Shown here: positions 21,072 to 31,863 of the stretch, piece after piece
Position numbering within the stretch: the first letter of the stretch is position 1
Layout of the letters: each line of letters begins with the position of its first letter
DNA from: an uncultured virus (IMG/VR IMGVR_UViG_3300020191_000005)
Taxonomy: Duplodnaviria; Heunggongvirae; Uroviricota; Caudoviricetes
Length of the DNA stretch: 54,647 nt
Virus record (IMG/VR): IMGVR_UViG_3300020191_000005
Location: 62,001-116,647 of that record
Strand: one strand, 5' to 3'
The notes under the pieces: model-generated
Seen by the model: the letters and a program-made list of their open reading frames with translations, nothing else
What the model was told of the DNA's origin: nothing
The model's database searches: none
Made by a program: the position numbers and the translations under genes

Positions 21072-21526
21072 TGGGATGGTATTCTGATATAGCTCGAGAC
21101 ATTAGTAACATTCCTAATGCTATCAACTACTATGAAGATCAATTAGTAGAAGCTAGAAAGGAATGTAAGATTAAAGGCAATGTTGAACGTGCATCAGCTG
21201 AGATGCCGGGTGTTGTTGAACAACGATTTAATCAACTACAAGAACTTGAAGCAATATTAGAATACCTAAACATCGAATTGCGTAGGTTACGTAGTTCGTT
21301 CTTTAAGAAATATCTTGAAAGTTACCCGCGAGCATTGTCAAGTCGAGACGTTGAAAAATATGTAGACGGTGAAGCTGACGTTGTTGACTACGAAAAGATT
21401 ATCAATGAGTTTGCACTAATGCGTAACAAATGGCTAGGAGTTTGTAAGGGCCTAGACCAAAAACAATGGCAACTTACTAATATTGTAAAACTAAGAGTAG
21501 CTGGCATGGAAGATGCTAGTATATAA
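21071..21526 (+). CDS. uvsY: Recombination mediator protein
   Basis: Coiled-coil, EKYVDGE, KQWQLTNIVK; located after uvsX. Confidence 0.75.
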   Translation: MGWYSDIARDISNIPNAINYYEDQLVEARKECKIKGNVERASAEMPGVVEQRFNQLQELEAILEYLNIELRRLRSSFFKKYLESYPRALSSRDVEKYVDGEADVVDYEKIINEFALMRNKWLGVCKGLDQKQWQLTNIVKLRVAGMEDASI

Positions 21527-21548
21527 CACACAGGACTAAAATACGAAT

Positions 21549-22133
21549 ATGAATTATCAATTACCAGGGGAAAGAAAAGCGATTGAGAAGTGGGACACAC
21601 TTCCAGGCGATATCAACTTTGTATTACGAGAAGGTGATGAAGTTGGTGATGATGGCGGCTGTGCATTAGGTGGTGCATGGGTTAAGAAAACTAGCCAAGA
21701 ACTTTTTGGAAATAAAAAAGTTGTTATCTTTGGATTACCAGGAGCGTTTACGCCAACCTGTAGTTCAGAACAACTACCAGCATACGAAAAAATGTACGAA
21801 CAATTTAAAGCAGAAGGTGTCGATGAAGTTTATTGTGTAAGCGTTAACGATGCATTTGTAATGAATGCTTGGGCAAAAGAATTAGGTTGTACTAAAGTTA
21901 AATTACTAGCAGATGGTAATGCAGACTTTACACATGCTATTGGTATGCTTTGTAATAAAAGAGATAAAGGCTTTGCAAATAGATCATGGAGATATGCTAT
22001 GTATGTTGAGAACATGATTGTTAGCGAAAGTTTTATTGAAGAAGGCTATAACAACGAAGGAACAGATAATGATCCTTACGAAATGTCAACACCTGAAAAT
22101 GTAAACCAATATATACAAACTTTAAATCGTTAA
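21549..22133 (+). CDS. Peroxiredoxin (Prx5/AHP1 type)
   Basis: LPGAFTPTCS active site, SVNDAFVMNAW, DGNADFT, RSWRYAM. Confidence 0.92.
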   Translation: MNYQLPGERKAIEKWDTLPGDINFVLREGDEVGDDGGCALGGAWVKKTSQELFGNKKVVIFGLPGAFTPTCSSEQLPAYEKMYEQFKAEGVDEVYCVSVNDAFVMNAWAKELGCTKVKLLADGNADFTHAIGMLCNKRDKGFANRSWRYAMYVENMIVSESFIEEGYNNEGTDNDPYEMSTPENVNQYIQTLNR

Positions 22134-22148
22134 AGTTTAAATACTAGT

Positions 22149-22913
22149 ATGAGACACGTACTAGTAACAGGTGGCTTTGATCCACTACATTCAGGACACA
22201 TTAACTATTTTAAGGCCGCAAAACAATTAGGTGATAAACTAATTGTTGGATTAAATTCAGATGAATGGCTGACTCGAAAAAAGGGTCGGCCATTTATGCC
22301 TTTTAAAGAACGTCTTGCTATCATTAAAGAACTAGCTATTGTAGATAAAGTTATCAGTTTTGATGACAGCGATGATAGTGCATGTGGTGCAATATTTCTT
22401 ACTATGTCAACTACCACAGGCAAAATTATATTTGCTAACGGTGGCGATAGAACAAACACTACAACTCCTGAGTATGCTACATACGGTGATCATCCGAGTG
22501 TAGAATTTGCATTTGGAATTGGCGGCGAAAACAAAGCTAACAGTAGTAGTTGGATACTAGACGAGTGGAAAACACAAAAGACACAACGTGACTGGGGCTA
22601 CTGGCGTGTACTTGATGACAAACCAGAAAAAGGTTACAAAGTAAAAGAGCTTGTAATTTATCCAGGGAAAGCACTAAGTAATCAAAAACATTTTAAACGT
22701 AGTGAACAATGGAATATATTAGAAGGCGAAGTTAAAATGGTAACTGAATGGGACGGCCGCACTGAGATTGCTTACCTAACGCCATCGAGTAGACCATATG
22801 AAATTAATAAAGAAGTTTGGCATTTACCAAGTAACCCAGGAACTGAAAATGCACATATATTAGAAATACAATGCGGCGAACAATGTGTTGAAGAAGATAT
22901 AGAAAGGCGCTAA
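22149..22913 (+). CDS. Cytidylyltransferase-like domain fused to a cupin (mannose-6-phosphate isomerase type II-like)
   Basis: TGGFDPLHSGH, NSDEWL, FANGGDR, SSSWIL; C-terminal RDWG...SNQKHFKRSEQW...WH...LEIQ. Confidence 0.8.
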   Translation: MRHVLVTGGFDPLHSGHINYFKAAKQLGDKLIVGLNSDEWLTRKKGRPFMPFKERLAIIKELAIVDKVISFDDSDDSACGAIFLTMSTTTGKIIFANGGDRTNTTTPEYATYGDHPSVEFAFGIGGENKANSSSWILDEWKTQKTQRDWGYWRVLDDKPEKGYKVKELVIYPGKALSNQKHFKRSEQWNILEGEVKMVTEWDGRTEIAYLTPSSRPYEINKEVWHLPSNPGTENAHILEIQCGEQCVEEDIERR

Positions 22914-23587
22914 TGGAGTTTATTCCAACTAAAAAAGAGCTTCGTATAGTAGAAGAAGTTGCTCCGTATACAATGACAAGCGGAAAACGTATAACGCAAA
23001 CTATACGGGCTGTAAGAGACCTTGATGCTAATAATATTCCAGGTGATATTGTTGAGTGTGGAGTGTGGAAAGGCGGACAAATTATTAGTGCTTGGTTAGC
23101 TAATGATAAAACAAAAAGAAACTTTTGGCTGTTTGATACATTTGAAGGTATGACTGAGCCAACTGTACATGATCATAAAGTAAATGAACTAAACGCTGTG
23201 TCACATGCAAGATTTAGCCGAAAAGCAAAGAACGGATTTGATCAGTGGTGTAGAGCAGAAATTGGAGAAGTTAGTGAAAACGTATTTAAATATATTCCTC
23301 CACATCAATGCAATTTTATTAAAGGTCCTTGTGAACAAACACTATTAGACCCAAACAATATACCCAAAAGTATTGCATTACTACGGTTGGATACTGATTG
23401 GTATGAAAGCACACTACAAGAAATATTAACACTATGGCCACGTTTAAATGTAGGTGGGTATATGGTATTGGACGACTATCATAGTTGGCGCGGCAGTAAA
23501 AAAGCCTTTCATGAGGCGTTTGGAGACTCTCTCGAGATACATACTATTGATAGGTCGGCAGTATACGTAAGGAAAACTAAACAATGA
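22913..23587 (+). CDS. TylF/MycF-family O-methyltransferase
   Basis: GDIVECGVWKGG, FDTFEG, LLRLDTDWYEST, LDDY. Confidence 0.9.
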   Translation: MEFIPTKKELRIVEEVAPYTMTSGKRITQTIRAVRDLDANNIPGDIVECGVWKGGQIISAWLANDKTKRNFWLFDTFEGMTEPTVHDHKVNELNAVSHARFSRKAKNGFDQWCRAEIGEVSENVFKYIPPHQCNFIKGPCEQTLLDPNNIPKSIALLRLDTDWYESTLQEILTLWPRLNVGGYMVLDDYHSWRGSKKAFHEAFGDSLEIHTIDRSAVYVRKTKQ

Positions 23588-24261
23588 ATAAAGTATTTGT
23601 AGGATACGATCCAAGAGAAGACATTGCTTATCAAGTATGTAAGCACAGTATTGAACAACATAGTTCTAATGTAAATGTGCAACCATTAAGACAAAGCGAA
23701 CTACGAAGTGCAGGGTGGTATAATCGTCCTGTTGATAAACTAGCAAGTACTGAATTTACATTTACACGATTCTTAGTACCAGAACTTGCAAACTTTAAAG
23801 GCTGGGCTGTGTTTATGGATTGTGATATGATCCTTACTACAGACATACAAGAGTTATTTGATCAAGCAGACGACAAGTATGCTGTTATGTGTGTGCAACA
23901 CGATTATAAAGTAACAGAAGATACAAAGATGGACGGACAAAAACAAACAGTCTATCCACGTAAGAATTGGAGTTCAATGGTACTATGGAACTGCGGACAT
24001 CCAAGTAATGCTATAGTAACACAAGACATGGTAAATGAGCCAGAACTTAATGGTGCACACTTTCATAGATTTAGTTGGCTCAAAGACGAAGAGATTGGTG
24101 AACTAGATCATACTTGGAACTACCTAGTAGGAGTGTATAATGATATTGAAAAGCCTAAACTTATTCATTATACAGAAGGAGGCCCGTGGTTTGAAAATTA
24201 CAGAAACTGTGAATTTGCTCAATTATGGAAAGACAATTTATTTCAAATGATGGACAGATAA
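23584..24261 (+). CDS. Glycosyltransferase (GT-A fold, GT8-like)
   Basis: VFVGYD, STEFTFTRFLVP, FMDCD, YPRKNWSS, WNYLVG, HYTEGGPW. Confidence 0.8.
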   Translation: MNKVFVGYDPREDIAYQVCKHSIEQHSSNVNVQPLRQSELRSAGWYNRPVDKLASTEFTFTRFLVPELANFKGWAVFMDCDMILTTDIQELFDQADDKYAVMCVQHDYKVTEDTKMDGQKQTVYPRKNWSSMVLWNCGHPSNAIVTQDMVNEPELNGAHFHRFSWLKDEEIGELDHTWNYLVGVYNDIEKPKLIHYTEGGPWFENYRNCEFAQLWKDNLFQMMDR

Positions 24262-24262
24262 C

Positions 24263-25270
24263 ATGGAACATGACATGGAACAAAATATAGGCGAATGGGA
24301 TACACGAGTGATTAGACCGCATTTAAAAGAAATGATCGATAAGATCTTACACAGCGTTGCATTAGGAGAACAGAGATTTGCAGTTGAAGCCGTTGCAGAA
24401 GTTTTCCAAGAAGTAAAAAACCCTCCGTTAATTTGTGTAGACAGTGGAATTAAAAAAGTAGAAAAGAAAGTCAAAGGGTCATTTGGACTTATTGATTCTT
24501 TTGTAATGGGCATGGCATTAGGTAGTGGCGGTAAGTATATTCGTGCCGACGATGTTGATTGGGACGACGACACTCCATTATTAGTTAGAGGACTAGGCAA
24601 ACAAAAACTAATTAAGATGTGCATCGAGCGAGGTAGAGATTTTTACTTTATGGATACAGGGTATGTAGGCAACAACCCAAGTACACGTAATCCAAACGGT
24701 AAAAAAACTTATCATAGAATTGTAAAAAATGCATTACAAAATTTACACATGCCTGATAGAGAGAAACCAGAATCGGATAAATGGTATGGAGGCGGCCGTT
24801 GGAATTCATTAGCAATTCCGTTTAAAGATGCAACACCAGGACGTAAGATTTTAGTTGTTCCTCCTAGTGAAAAGGTAATGAAATACTTTGATCAAGATCT
24901 AGAACAATGGATTGATCAAACTATTGCTACCATTAGAAAGAACACTTCAAGACCAGTACAACTACGTAAGAAGCCAAGTAGAGAAGATCGTGTTAGTGTT
25001 AATACAATGGAACAAGCACTTGCAGATGACGTACATTGTCTAGTAACATATAATAGTATTGCCGCACTTGAAGCAATGATATACGGCAAACCTGCTGTAG
25101 TGTTAGGACCAAATTGTGCTCAAGACATTTGCGAAACTAGTTTAAAAAGAATTGAATTTGCAGAACATCCAGGAAGGAAACAGTTAACTTATTTGTGTAG
25201 ATACCTAGCCAACAATCAATTTACATACGACGAAATGTTAAGTGGATATGCCTGGAGCATAGTAAAATGA
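24263..25270 (+). CDS. Capsule-polysaccharide-type (KpsS/KpsC-like) GT-B protein
   Basis: DTGY, LRKKP, VTYNSIAALEAMIYGKP; paralogous to 25267 and 26998. Confidence 0.55.
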   Translation: MEHDMEQNIGEWDTRVIRPHLKEMIDKILHSVALGEQRFAVEAVAEVFQEVKNPPLICVDSGIKKVEKKVKGSFGLIDSFVMGMALGSGGKYIRADDVDWDDDTPLLVRGLGKQKLIKMCIERGRDFYFMDTGYVGNNPSTRNPNGKKTYHRIVKNALQNLHMPDREKPESDKWYGGGRWNSLAIPFKDATPGRKILVVPPSEKVMKYFDQDLEQWIDQTIATIRKNTSRPVQLRKKPSREDRVSVNTMEQALADDVHCLVTYNSIAALEAMIYGKPAVVLGPNCAQDICETSLKRIEFAEHPGRKQLTYLCRYLANNQFTYDEMLSGYAWSIVK

Positions 25271-26196
25271 GAGTTATAGGATACACTAAAGTTATTCCTC
25301 CAGGGAAATCACTTAAAGCAAATAAGCCTAATCATAAAATAGATATTATTAAAAATTTTATATCCGGAGTTAGAGTAAGTGGTGACAATGGATTAGTATA
25401 TGACGGCTTTGATGTAATGCAATGCGATGTAGCAGTAATGCAAGGTTGGATGCACGAAAACAGTCAAGCAGTACCGCATATCAATTTACGTAGAAGTATT
25501 GCTAGTAACACAGCTAACAAAAGATTTATTACAGCAGATGCTAATTTATTTTTGTTTAAAGCAAAAACAAACGAACCTCATCATTATTTAAGATATAGTT
25601 TTGACGGAGTATTTGCTAATACCGCAGAGTATTGCAACGATGAATACGGTGACACGCAATGGGAAAAGATTCAACGTGACCTAGGTGTTAAATTGAAACC
25701 TTGGAACTATAACGATAGAGAAAATATTTTATTGTGCTTACAACGTAATGGCGGCTGGAGTATGAAGGGTAAAGATGTTGTAACATGGGCTAATACTAAA
25801 ATTGCAGAAATTAGACAGTATACTAATAAGCCTATTGTTATCAGACCACACCCTGGAGATAAAAAAGCACCTGAGTATGTAAAAAATATTGTAGGTAATA
25901 ATATTAGAATTAGTTTTGCAAAAGACATCACACAAGACTTAGCAACTGCACATTGTTCTATTGTGTACAATAGTAGTCCAGGCGTAGCTAGTATCATAGA
26001 GGGTGTTCCAGTTATATGTGAAGATTGGCAAGCAAGTCAAGTACAAGAAGTATGCTTTCAAAGAATAGATGCATTACAAAAATTAAGACCTTTTGATAGA
26101 GAACAGTGGGTTAGAAAAATTGCACAATGCCATTGGAGTTTTGCAGACTTACGTAGCGGCGAAGCATGGGAATGGATGAGGAAATACGTAAAATGA
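25267..26196 (+). CDS. Capsule-polysaccharide-type GT-B protein
   Basis: LKPW, IVIRPHP, YNSSPGVASIIEGVP, W...A..HW. Confidence 0.55.
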   Translation: MRVIGYTKVIPPGKSLKANKPNHKIDIIKNFISGVRVSGDNGLVYDGFDVMQCDVAVMQGWMHENSQAVPHINLRRSIASNTANKRFITADANLFLFKAKTNEPHHYLRYSFDGVFANTAEYCNDEYGDTQWEKIQRDLGVKLKPWNYNDRENILLCLQRNGGWSMKGKDVVTWANTKIAEIRQYTNKPIVIRPHPGDKKAPEYVKNIVGNNIRISFAKDITQDLATAHCSIVYNSSPGVASIIEGVPVICEDWQASQVQEVCFQRIDALQKLRPFDREQWVRKIAQCHWSFADLRSGEAWEWMRKYVK

Positions 26197-27008
26197 GAAT
26201 AACCTGTATAACTACATTTCACCAACCAGGACTAGAACAATATGGACAACGTCTTATTGATAGTTGGGCTAAAAATGTACACCCAGCTGTACACTTACGA
26301 GTGTATGCAGAGGATTGTATTCCTGTTGTTCCGCCAGGTGCAAATATTCAAGTTGTTGATGCTAAACAAGCATTACCAAAACTTAATGCATTTAAAGAAC
26401 GTCATAAAGACGATCCAAAAGCACACGGCAAATGTCCGTGGCCTGCTAGACGTCCAAGAGATCATCACAAAGAATTTAAATGGGACGCAGTACGTTTTGC
26501 AAACAAAACATACGCAGTATTTGAAGCCGCTAAAGATCCTGATACAGATATCTTAGTTTGGATTGACGGCGACACATTTGTACACAGTCCTATTACTTAC
26601 GGACAATTTAGAAACTTAGTACCTGCATCACAATGGCTACACTACTTAGGTAGAAACAAAAAATGGCCTGAATGTGGTTGGTACGGACTTACACTTAGAA
26701 CTCCTGGATGCGATGCATTTTTAAAAGAGTTTGAAAGAGTTTATGAAGAAGCAGATGATGGAATCTTTAAAATGGAAGAGTGGCATGACAGCTATGTATT
26801 TGATCAAGTATTAAAAAAGATTAGAATACAATACCCTAATATTAAAGACTTCAGTGGCCATCTTATAAATGGCGAAGGGCATCCACTAATCAACTGCGAA
26901 CTTGGAGCATGGTTTGATCACTTAAAAGGTGTAAGAAAATCAGAAGGTCGAAGTAGAAAGAAAGACTTACTAGAACCTCGAAGCGAGTCTTATTGGAATG
27001 AAGTTTAG
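26193..27008 (+). CDS. Putative GT-A glycosyltransferase (start reassigned to 26193)
   Basis: DAVRFANK, WIDGD (DxD), EWHDSYVFD, DHLKG; ATGA overlap with the upstream stop. Confidence 0.6.
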   Translation: MRITCITTFHQPGLEQYGQRLIDSWAKNVHPAVHLRVYAEDCIPVVPPGANIQVVDAKQALPKLNAFKERHKDDPKAHGKCPWPARRPRDHHKEFKWDAVRFANKTYAVFEAAKDPDTDILVWIDGDTFVHSPITYGQFRNLVPASQWLHYLGRNKKWPECGWYGLTLRTPGCDAFLKEFERVYEEADDGIFKMEEWHDSYVFDQVLKKIRIQYPNIKDFSGHLINGEGHPLINCELGAWFDHLKGVRKSEGRSRKKDLLEPRSESYWNEV

Positions 27009-27849
27009 TTTATTTACAGACTATGGCGCACTTAATAGTAAACCGGTGTTTGACTCTTTTGCAACTAGTTTGCACAATAGTGGCCATACCGTTAGTTTTA
27101 ATGAGTGGGATTGCGATGTTGCTGTTATATGGAGTGTGCTTTGGTTTGGTCGAATGGCTGGAAACCAAAAAGTTTGGGAACACTTCCAAGCAATAAACAA
27201 ACCTGTAATAGCATTAGAAGTTGGTGGAATAAATAGAGGCGTAACGTGGAAAGTAGGTCTCAATGGAATCAATCGTGATGCTTATTTTGGGGATAGTGGT
27301 AATAATAATGCTCGTAGCAATGCTCTTGGGCTATTACTAAAACCTTGGCGCACCGACGGCGAGTACATTTTAATATGCGGACAGCATGATAAGAGTTTAC
27401 AATGGCAAGGTATGCCAAGCATGAGTAATTGGCTAATGCAAACTATTAGTGAAGTACGTAAACACACAGACCGTCCTATTATATTTCGACCACACCCAAG
27501 ACGTCCATTACCGCATATAGAAAAAGAATTTAAAAACGTATACAGACAAGATCCACAACATGTCAAAGACACCTATGATGATTTTGATATGGGATTTAAT
27601 AATGTATGGGCTACTATCAGTTATTCGAGCAACCCGGGTATACATAGTATCATCGAGGGTGTGCCTGCTTTTGTTAGTACCCACAGTCTTGCTTATCCTG
27701 TAGGCAATGACATTGATTTCTTACATGATATTGAACAGCCCGTAATGCCAGATAGAACACAATGGCTAAACGATTACGCTCACACTGAATGGACTTTGGA
27801 TGAAATAGCTCAAGGGTTACCATTAAAGAACTTGACTTCTGAACTATAA
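26998..27849 (+). CDS. Capsule-polysaccharide-type GT-B protein
   Basis: LKPW, ILICGQ, FRPHP, SSNPGIHSIIEGVP, AHTEW. Confidence 0.55.
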   Translation: MKFSLFTDYGALNSKPVFDSFATSLHNSGHTVSFNEWDCDVAVIWSVLWFGRMAGNQKVWEHFQAINKPVIALEVGGINRGVTWKVGLNGINRDAYFGDSGNNNARSNALGLLLKPWRTDGEYILICGQHDKSLQWQGMPSMSNWLMQTISEVRKHTDRPIIFRPHPRRPLPHIEKEFKNVYRQDPQHVKDTYDDFDMGFNNVWATISYSSNPGIHSIIEGVPAFVSTHSLAYPVGNDIDFLHDIEQPVMPDRTQWLNDYAHTEWTLDEIAQGLPLKNLTSEL

Positions 27850-27860
27850 TCAAGTATAAT
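27832..27860 (+). promoter_or_regulatory. Sigma70-type promoter, apparently leaderless
   Basis: TTGACT-17-TATAAT with ATG 6 nt downstream and no SD. Confidence 0.7.
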
Positions 27861-27866
27861 ATACAC

Positions 27867-29171
27867 ATGCTTAGAAAAGAACCAATCGACATTGCTGACC
27901 TTACCGTTGAAGACTGCTTAGAACTAGTTGCTGGCATCAGTAACTTTAAGTTTAGTCGTAACAAAGAGTTAGCAGACTTACACTCATTTACGTTGCATGA
28001 CGACAACCATAAGATTATGTTTAGTATTGCTAAACAATGTTTTAGAGGTACTGCACTCACGCCTAAGCAACACGAGCTTGTTAAAAAGCTATTAGTAGAG
28101 TACTACGCACCACAGTTTACAAAGCATAACATTGAACTTAAGAACCATTTAGATAATTTAAGAACTCCGTTAAGAGAGATAGACAGTTCGCATTGGGTTA
28201 AAATACAAGAAGTTACATATGATAATGTAAAACAGCAAATGCTTGTTATTAGATTTCCGTTTAATAAAAAAGTTATTAATAGATTAGAAGAATTAAAAAA
28301 CGGTAATAACAAAGATTATTTCTATGAAAAACACAAACACTTCTTTCCGTTAACTGAAAAATATGTTTGGAAGGTTGTAAATATTGCTAATAAGTTTCCT
28401 GCTAAGTTTGATATTTCTAACGAAGTTCAAGAAATATACAATGAGCTTAAAGTTATGGATACTAATGTTCACAAATTCCTCCCTGGCATTAAAGATTATA
28501 AATTTATTAATTACAACGAACTTGGCATTACTGAATGTACAAAAGATCTAGGACAACCAAATGTTAACAACCTCTATCAATATTTTGACCGTAAAGGTCT
28601 TTATGGTCTCGAATACTTTGATGACGTTGATGTCACAGAAAGTTTTAGAATTAATAACTGTGATACACTAGCAGTTAAGATTGCTAATAGAAGTAATCTT
28701 CAAATTTGTGTTAACAGTGATACATGGAACAGAGATCAACTTTGTTCTGCATTACAACAACTAGATAGGTTTCCGTTATTGGTAGTGTTAGATACACAAA
28801 CTTGTTTAGATAATATAATTGAATTACACAATTCATTTGTAAATTTTATTCCAAAAGAACAAATGAGTGTTATGTTTAGATTGGACAACAAAGAATTAGA
28901 TTATGCTAAGGAATTTAACCAATTCGTCCATGATAAGGGATTAAATAATTATGTTGACAATAAAACTAAAGTAGTGTATATTAGTAGTAATAAAGTTCCT
29001 AAGCCGTTATTTAAAAGTAATTGGAAACCAATAACATCGTTGTCTATAACAAGGCAACCTTTGAACCTTATTAATGAATGGATATGCGGAATTGATCTAA
29101 CAATGACATATGATGTTGGATCAATAGTAGCACCTTATAATAGATGGCAAGTTAAAGTAGAGAATATATGA
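27867..29171 (+). CDS. Hypothetical protein, 434 aa
   Basis: Long ORF overlapping the uvsW start; no recognised motif. Confidence 0.65.
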   Translation: MLRKEPIDIADLTVEDCLELVAGISNFKFSRNKELADLHSFTLHDDNHKIMFSIAKQCFRGTALTPKQHELVKKLLVEYYAPQFTKHNIELKNHLDNLRTPLREIDSSHWVKIQEVTYDNVKQQMLVIRFPFNKKVINRLEELKNGNNKDYFYEKHKHFFPLTEKYVWKVVNIANKFPAKFDISNEVQEIYNELKVMDTNVHKFLPGIKDYKFINYNELGITECTKDLGQPNVNNLYQYFDRKGLYGLEYFDDVDVTESFRINNCDTLAVKIANRSNLQICVNSDTWNRDQLCSALQQLDRFPLLVVLDTQTCLDNIIELHNSFVNFIPKEQMSVMFRLDNKELDYAKEFNQFVHDKGLNNYVDNKTKVVYISSNKVPKPLFKSNWKPITSLSITRQPLNLINEWICGIDLTMTYDVGSIVAPYNRWQVKVENI

Positions 29172-30631
29172 CAAGTTGTAGAATTGTAATTCAAGATGAA
29201 GTAAACGTAAAAGTTGAAAACTTGCCTGTTGAAAATCGCAGAAAGATTGCTAACAAGTTAAAGTTTCAAGTTCCTTATGCACGTTACTTGCCTCAATATA
29301 AACTAGGACGTTGGGACGGAACTGTTGCGTTCTTTGGTATTGGTGGTACAGGATATGTTAACCATTTAGATACTATTGTTAACAGTCTTGTAGAGCAAGG
29401 TGTTGAAATATCTGAGATTGTAGACAACAGAGCAAAACACGATTTAACATTTACAGCAATTAATGAACGCTATTGGGCAGACCAAGGTGTATGTTGGCCT
29501 GAAGGACATATGGCCGCAGGCGAAGAAATTATTCTACGTGATTATCAAGTTGAAACTGTTAACGGATTTTTAAATAATCCACAAGCATTACAAGAAGTTG
29601 CAACTGGAGCAGGTAAAACAATTATTACTGCAACACTATCACACCTAATGGAAAAGTTAGGTCGGACGTTGGTTATTGTTCCTAACAAGAGTCTTGTTAC
29701 ACAAACAGAAGAAGATTATGTTAACTGCGGATTAGACGTAGGTGTTTACTTTGGTGATAGAAAAGAATTAGGCAAGACACATACTATTTGTACTTGGCAA
29801 AGTCTAAACATACTAGATAAGAAAAGTAAAAACTATGACGATGTACTAACACTTGCAGAATTTTTAGATGGCGTACAAACAATTATTATTGACGAAGTAC
29901 ACCAAGCAAAAGCAGAAGTGCTTAAAAAATTACTTACACAAAATTTAAAACATGCACCTATACGTTGGGGCTTAACTGGAACAGTACCTAAAGAACAGTT
30001 TGAGTTTCAAAGTATCTTAGCAAGTATAGGGCCAGTCATTGGCAACATTAGTGCAAAAGAATTACAAGACAAGGGCGTACTATCAAACTGTCATGTTAAC
30101 ATTGTACAAATGATTGACATTAAAAGTTTTGCAGGCTATCCAGAAGAATTAAAGTTTCTAGTAACAGATGCAGAAAGAATAAAATACATAGGCAAATTAT
30201 TAAACACAGTTTCACAATCAGGCAATACACTTATTCTAGTTGATAGAATTAGTGCAGGAGAAATGTTACAGGAAATTATTCCTGATAGCGTGTTTGTTAA
30301 AGGTGATATGAAATTAAAAGATAGAAAGGAACAGTATGACGAAGTTAAAGAAGCAACTAATAAGGTTATTATTGCAACGTACGGGGTTGCCGCTGTTGGT
30401 ATTAATATCCCTAGGATCTTTAACCTTGTTCTTATTGAGCCTGGCAAGTCTTTTGTAAGAGTAATTCAAAGTATAGGCAGAGGTGTTCGTAAGGCAGAAG
30501 ATAAAGACTTTGTGCAAATTTGGGATATAACTAGCACATGTAAATACGCAAAAAGGCATTTAACATCAAGAAAGAAGTTTTACAAAGAAGCACAGTATCC
30601 ATTTACTATAGAGAAAGTGGATTGGAATTAA
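29168..30631 (+). CDS. uvsW: SF2 DNA helicase
   Basis: LRDYQ, ATGAGKT, DEVH, GLTGT, QSIGRGVR. Confidence 0.9.
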   Translation: MTSCRIVIQDEVNVKVENLPVENRRKIANKLKFQVPYARYLPQYKLGRWDGTVAFFGIGGTGYVNHLDTIVNSLVEQGVEISEIVDNRAKHDLTFTAINERYWADQGVCWPEGHMAAGEEIILRDYQVETVNGFLNNPQALQEVATGAGKTIITATLSHLMEKLGRTLVIVPNKSLVTQTEEDYVNCGLDVGVYFGDRKELGKTHTICTWQSLNILDKKSKNYDDVLTLAEFLDGVQTIIIDEVHQAKAEVLKKLLTQNLKHAPIRWGLTGTVPKEQFEFQSILASIGPVIGNISAKELQDKGVLSNCHVNIVQMIDIKSFAGYPEELKFLVTDAERIKYIGKLLNTVSQSGNTLILVDRISAGEMLQEIIPDSVFVKGDMKLKDRKEQYDEVKEATNKVIIATYGVAAVGINIPRIFNLVLIEPGKSFVRVIQSIGRGVRKAEDKDFVQIWDITSTCKYAKRHLTSRKKFYKEAQYPFTIEKVDWN

Positions 30632-30653
30632 TTATGAAAACAAAGGAAAATAA

Positions 30654-31160
30654 ATGAGAATATTAACATTAGATAACGAATGTTATAAACTCGAGCATCT
30701 ACCTGACGAATTAACTGACGATATTAGATTTGCGGTTTTGGATAATAGTAATCCAAAAGAACCTGACTTCTTTTATGTTCCTTTGATTTTTTTGGAGTCA
30801 TTTAACTCACCTGCTATGGTAATGGAAATTGGAGGCAAAGAAATTACTATGCCTATCGATTGGCATCTAGCAGTTGGTGACAGTGGCGGTGCTGGAGATA
30901 TTGAAGTACTACCATTAACAAGTTTAAACGATAGAGGCTTTGAAGCCTTCTTGTTTAATCCGTTAACTAGTACAATGATGAATTGGGGTGAAGTAAAAAT
31001 TACCAATTTTTACAATGATGTAAAATGGTATTTCCCTAAAATGAAAAATGGACAACTATTAGGTGTACCTTTAACTGACGGTGATAACCCACAATGTGCA
31101 TGGTTTGTAAAAGACATTAGTAGACAAAGTGAAGTAATTGATTATGGGATTCTTATCTAA
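30654..31160 (+). CDS. Hypothetical protein
   Basis: 168-aa ORF with RBS, after uvsW. Confidence 0.65.
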   Translation: MRILTLDNECYKLEHLPDELTDDIRFAVLDNSNPKEPDFFYVPLIFLESFNSPAMVMEIGGKEITMPIDWHLAVGDSGGAGDIEVLPLTSLNDRGFEAFLFNPLTSTMMNWGEVKITNFYNDVKWYFPKMKNGQLLGVPLTDGDNPQCAWFVKDISRQSEVIDYGILI

Positions 31161-31863
31161 AAGTATTAAAGTAGACGTATACACAAACCAACAATATGCG
31201 TATGATCAATGTAAACCGCAGTTGGCTAAGAAGTATATTCCTGAATGGTGGAAAGGGTTACCAGCAAGTAGACCCACACACCAAGCCTACTATAACGACT
31301 TACCGATAAGTTCAATGAAACAATGTCCTGCAATTAATGACATATTAAAAGCAGGTATTATTTTCCCTAGTTGGTGTGAACTACACATGCGGGTAAACGA
31401 ACATGGAGAAAAGGAAGTAAGAGTCTTTCCTGATTTTATTCCTGCAATACCGCATGACGAACGTGACTTTGATTTTCATAAACCCGGACTTGCACATGTT
31501 AAGTTAGGATCACCTTGGTTTATTAAAGAGACTACAGGTGTAAAGTGGGTATGGATTAAAACAGACTGGCATACTAAGAATCCATTAGCGTATTGGGGAG
31601 TTCCGGGTATTACAGAGTATAAGTATCAACATAGTGTATTAAATAATATTATGGTACCGTATAACAGTGAAGTTAAGATTCAAGTTGGTGATCCTTGGTT
31701 ACAATTAATTCCAATGAGTGAAAAACCTATTGATCTTAATGTCCACTTAGTAGACGCTGAAACTATGAATAATTTAAATACAGTTAATATTTCCTCAGTA
31801 GGGAGTTATTTAAAAACCATACGCAATATAAGTAAGCAAAGGAAGTTAGATGAAAACAATTAG
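31144..31863 (+). CDS. Hypothetical protein (paralog of 36417)
   Basis: PEWWK, KQCPAI..., GIIFPSWC, SPW, GDPWLQLIP pattern shared with ORF 36417. Confidence 0.6.
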   Translation: MGFLSKSIKVDVYTNQQYAYDQCKPQLAKKYIPEWWKGLPASRPTHQAYYNDLPISSMKQCPAINDILKAGIIFPSWCELHMRVNEHGEKEVRVFPDFIPAIPHDERDFDFHKPGLAHVKLGSPWFIKETTGVKWVWIKTDWHTKNPLAYWGVPGITEYKYQHSVLNNIMVPYNSEVKIQVGDPWLQLIPMSEKPIDLNVHLVDAETMNNLNTVNISSVGSYLKTIRNISKQRKLDENN

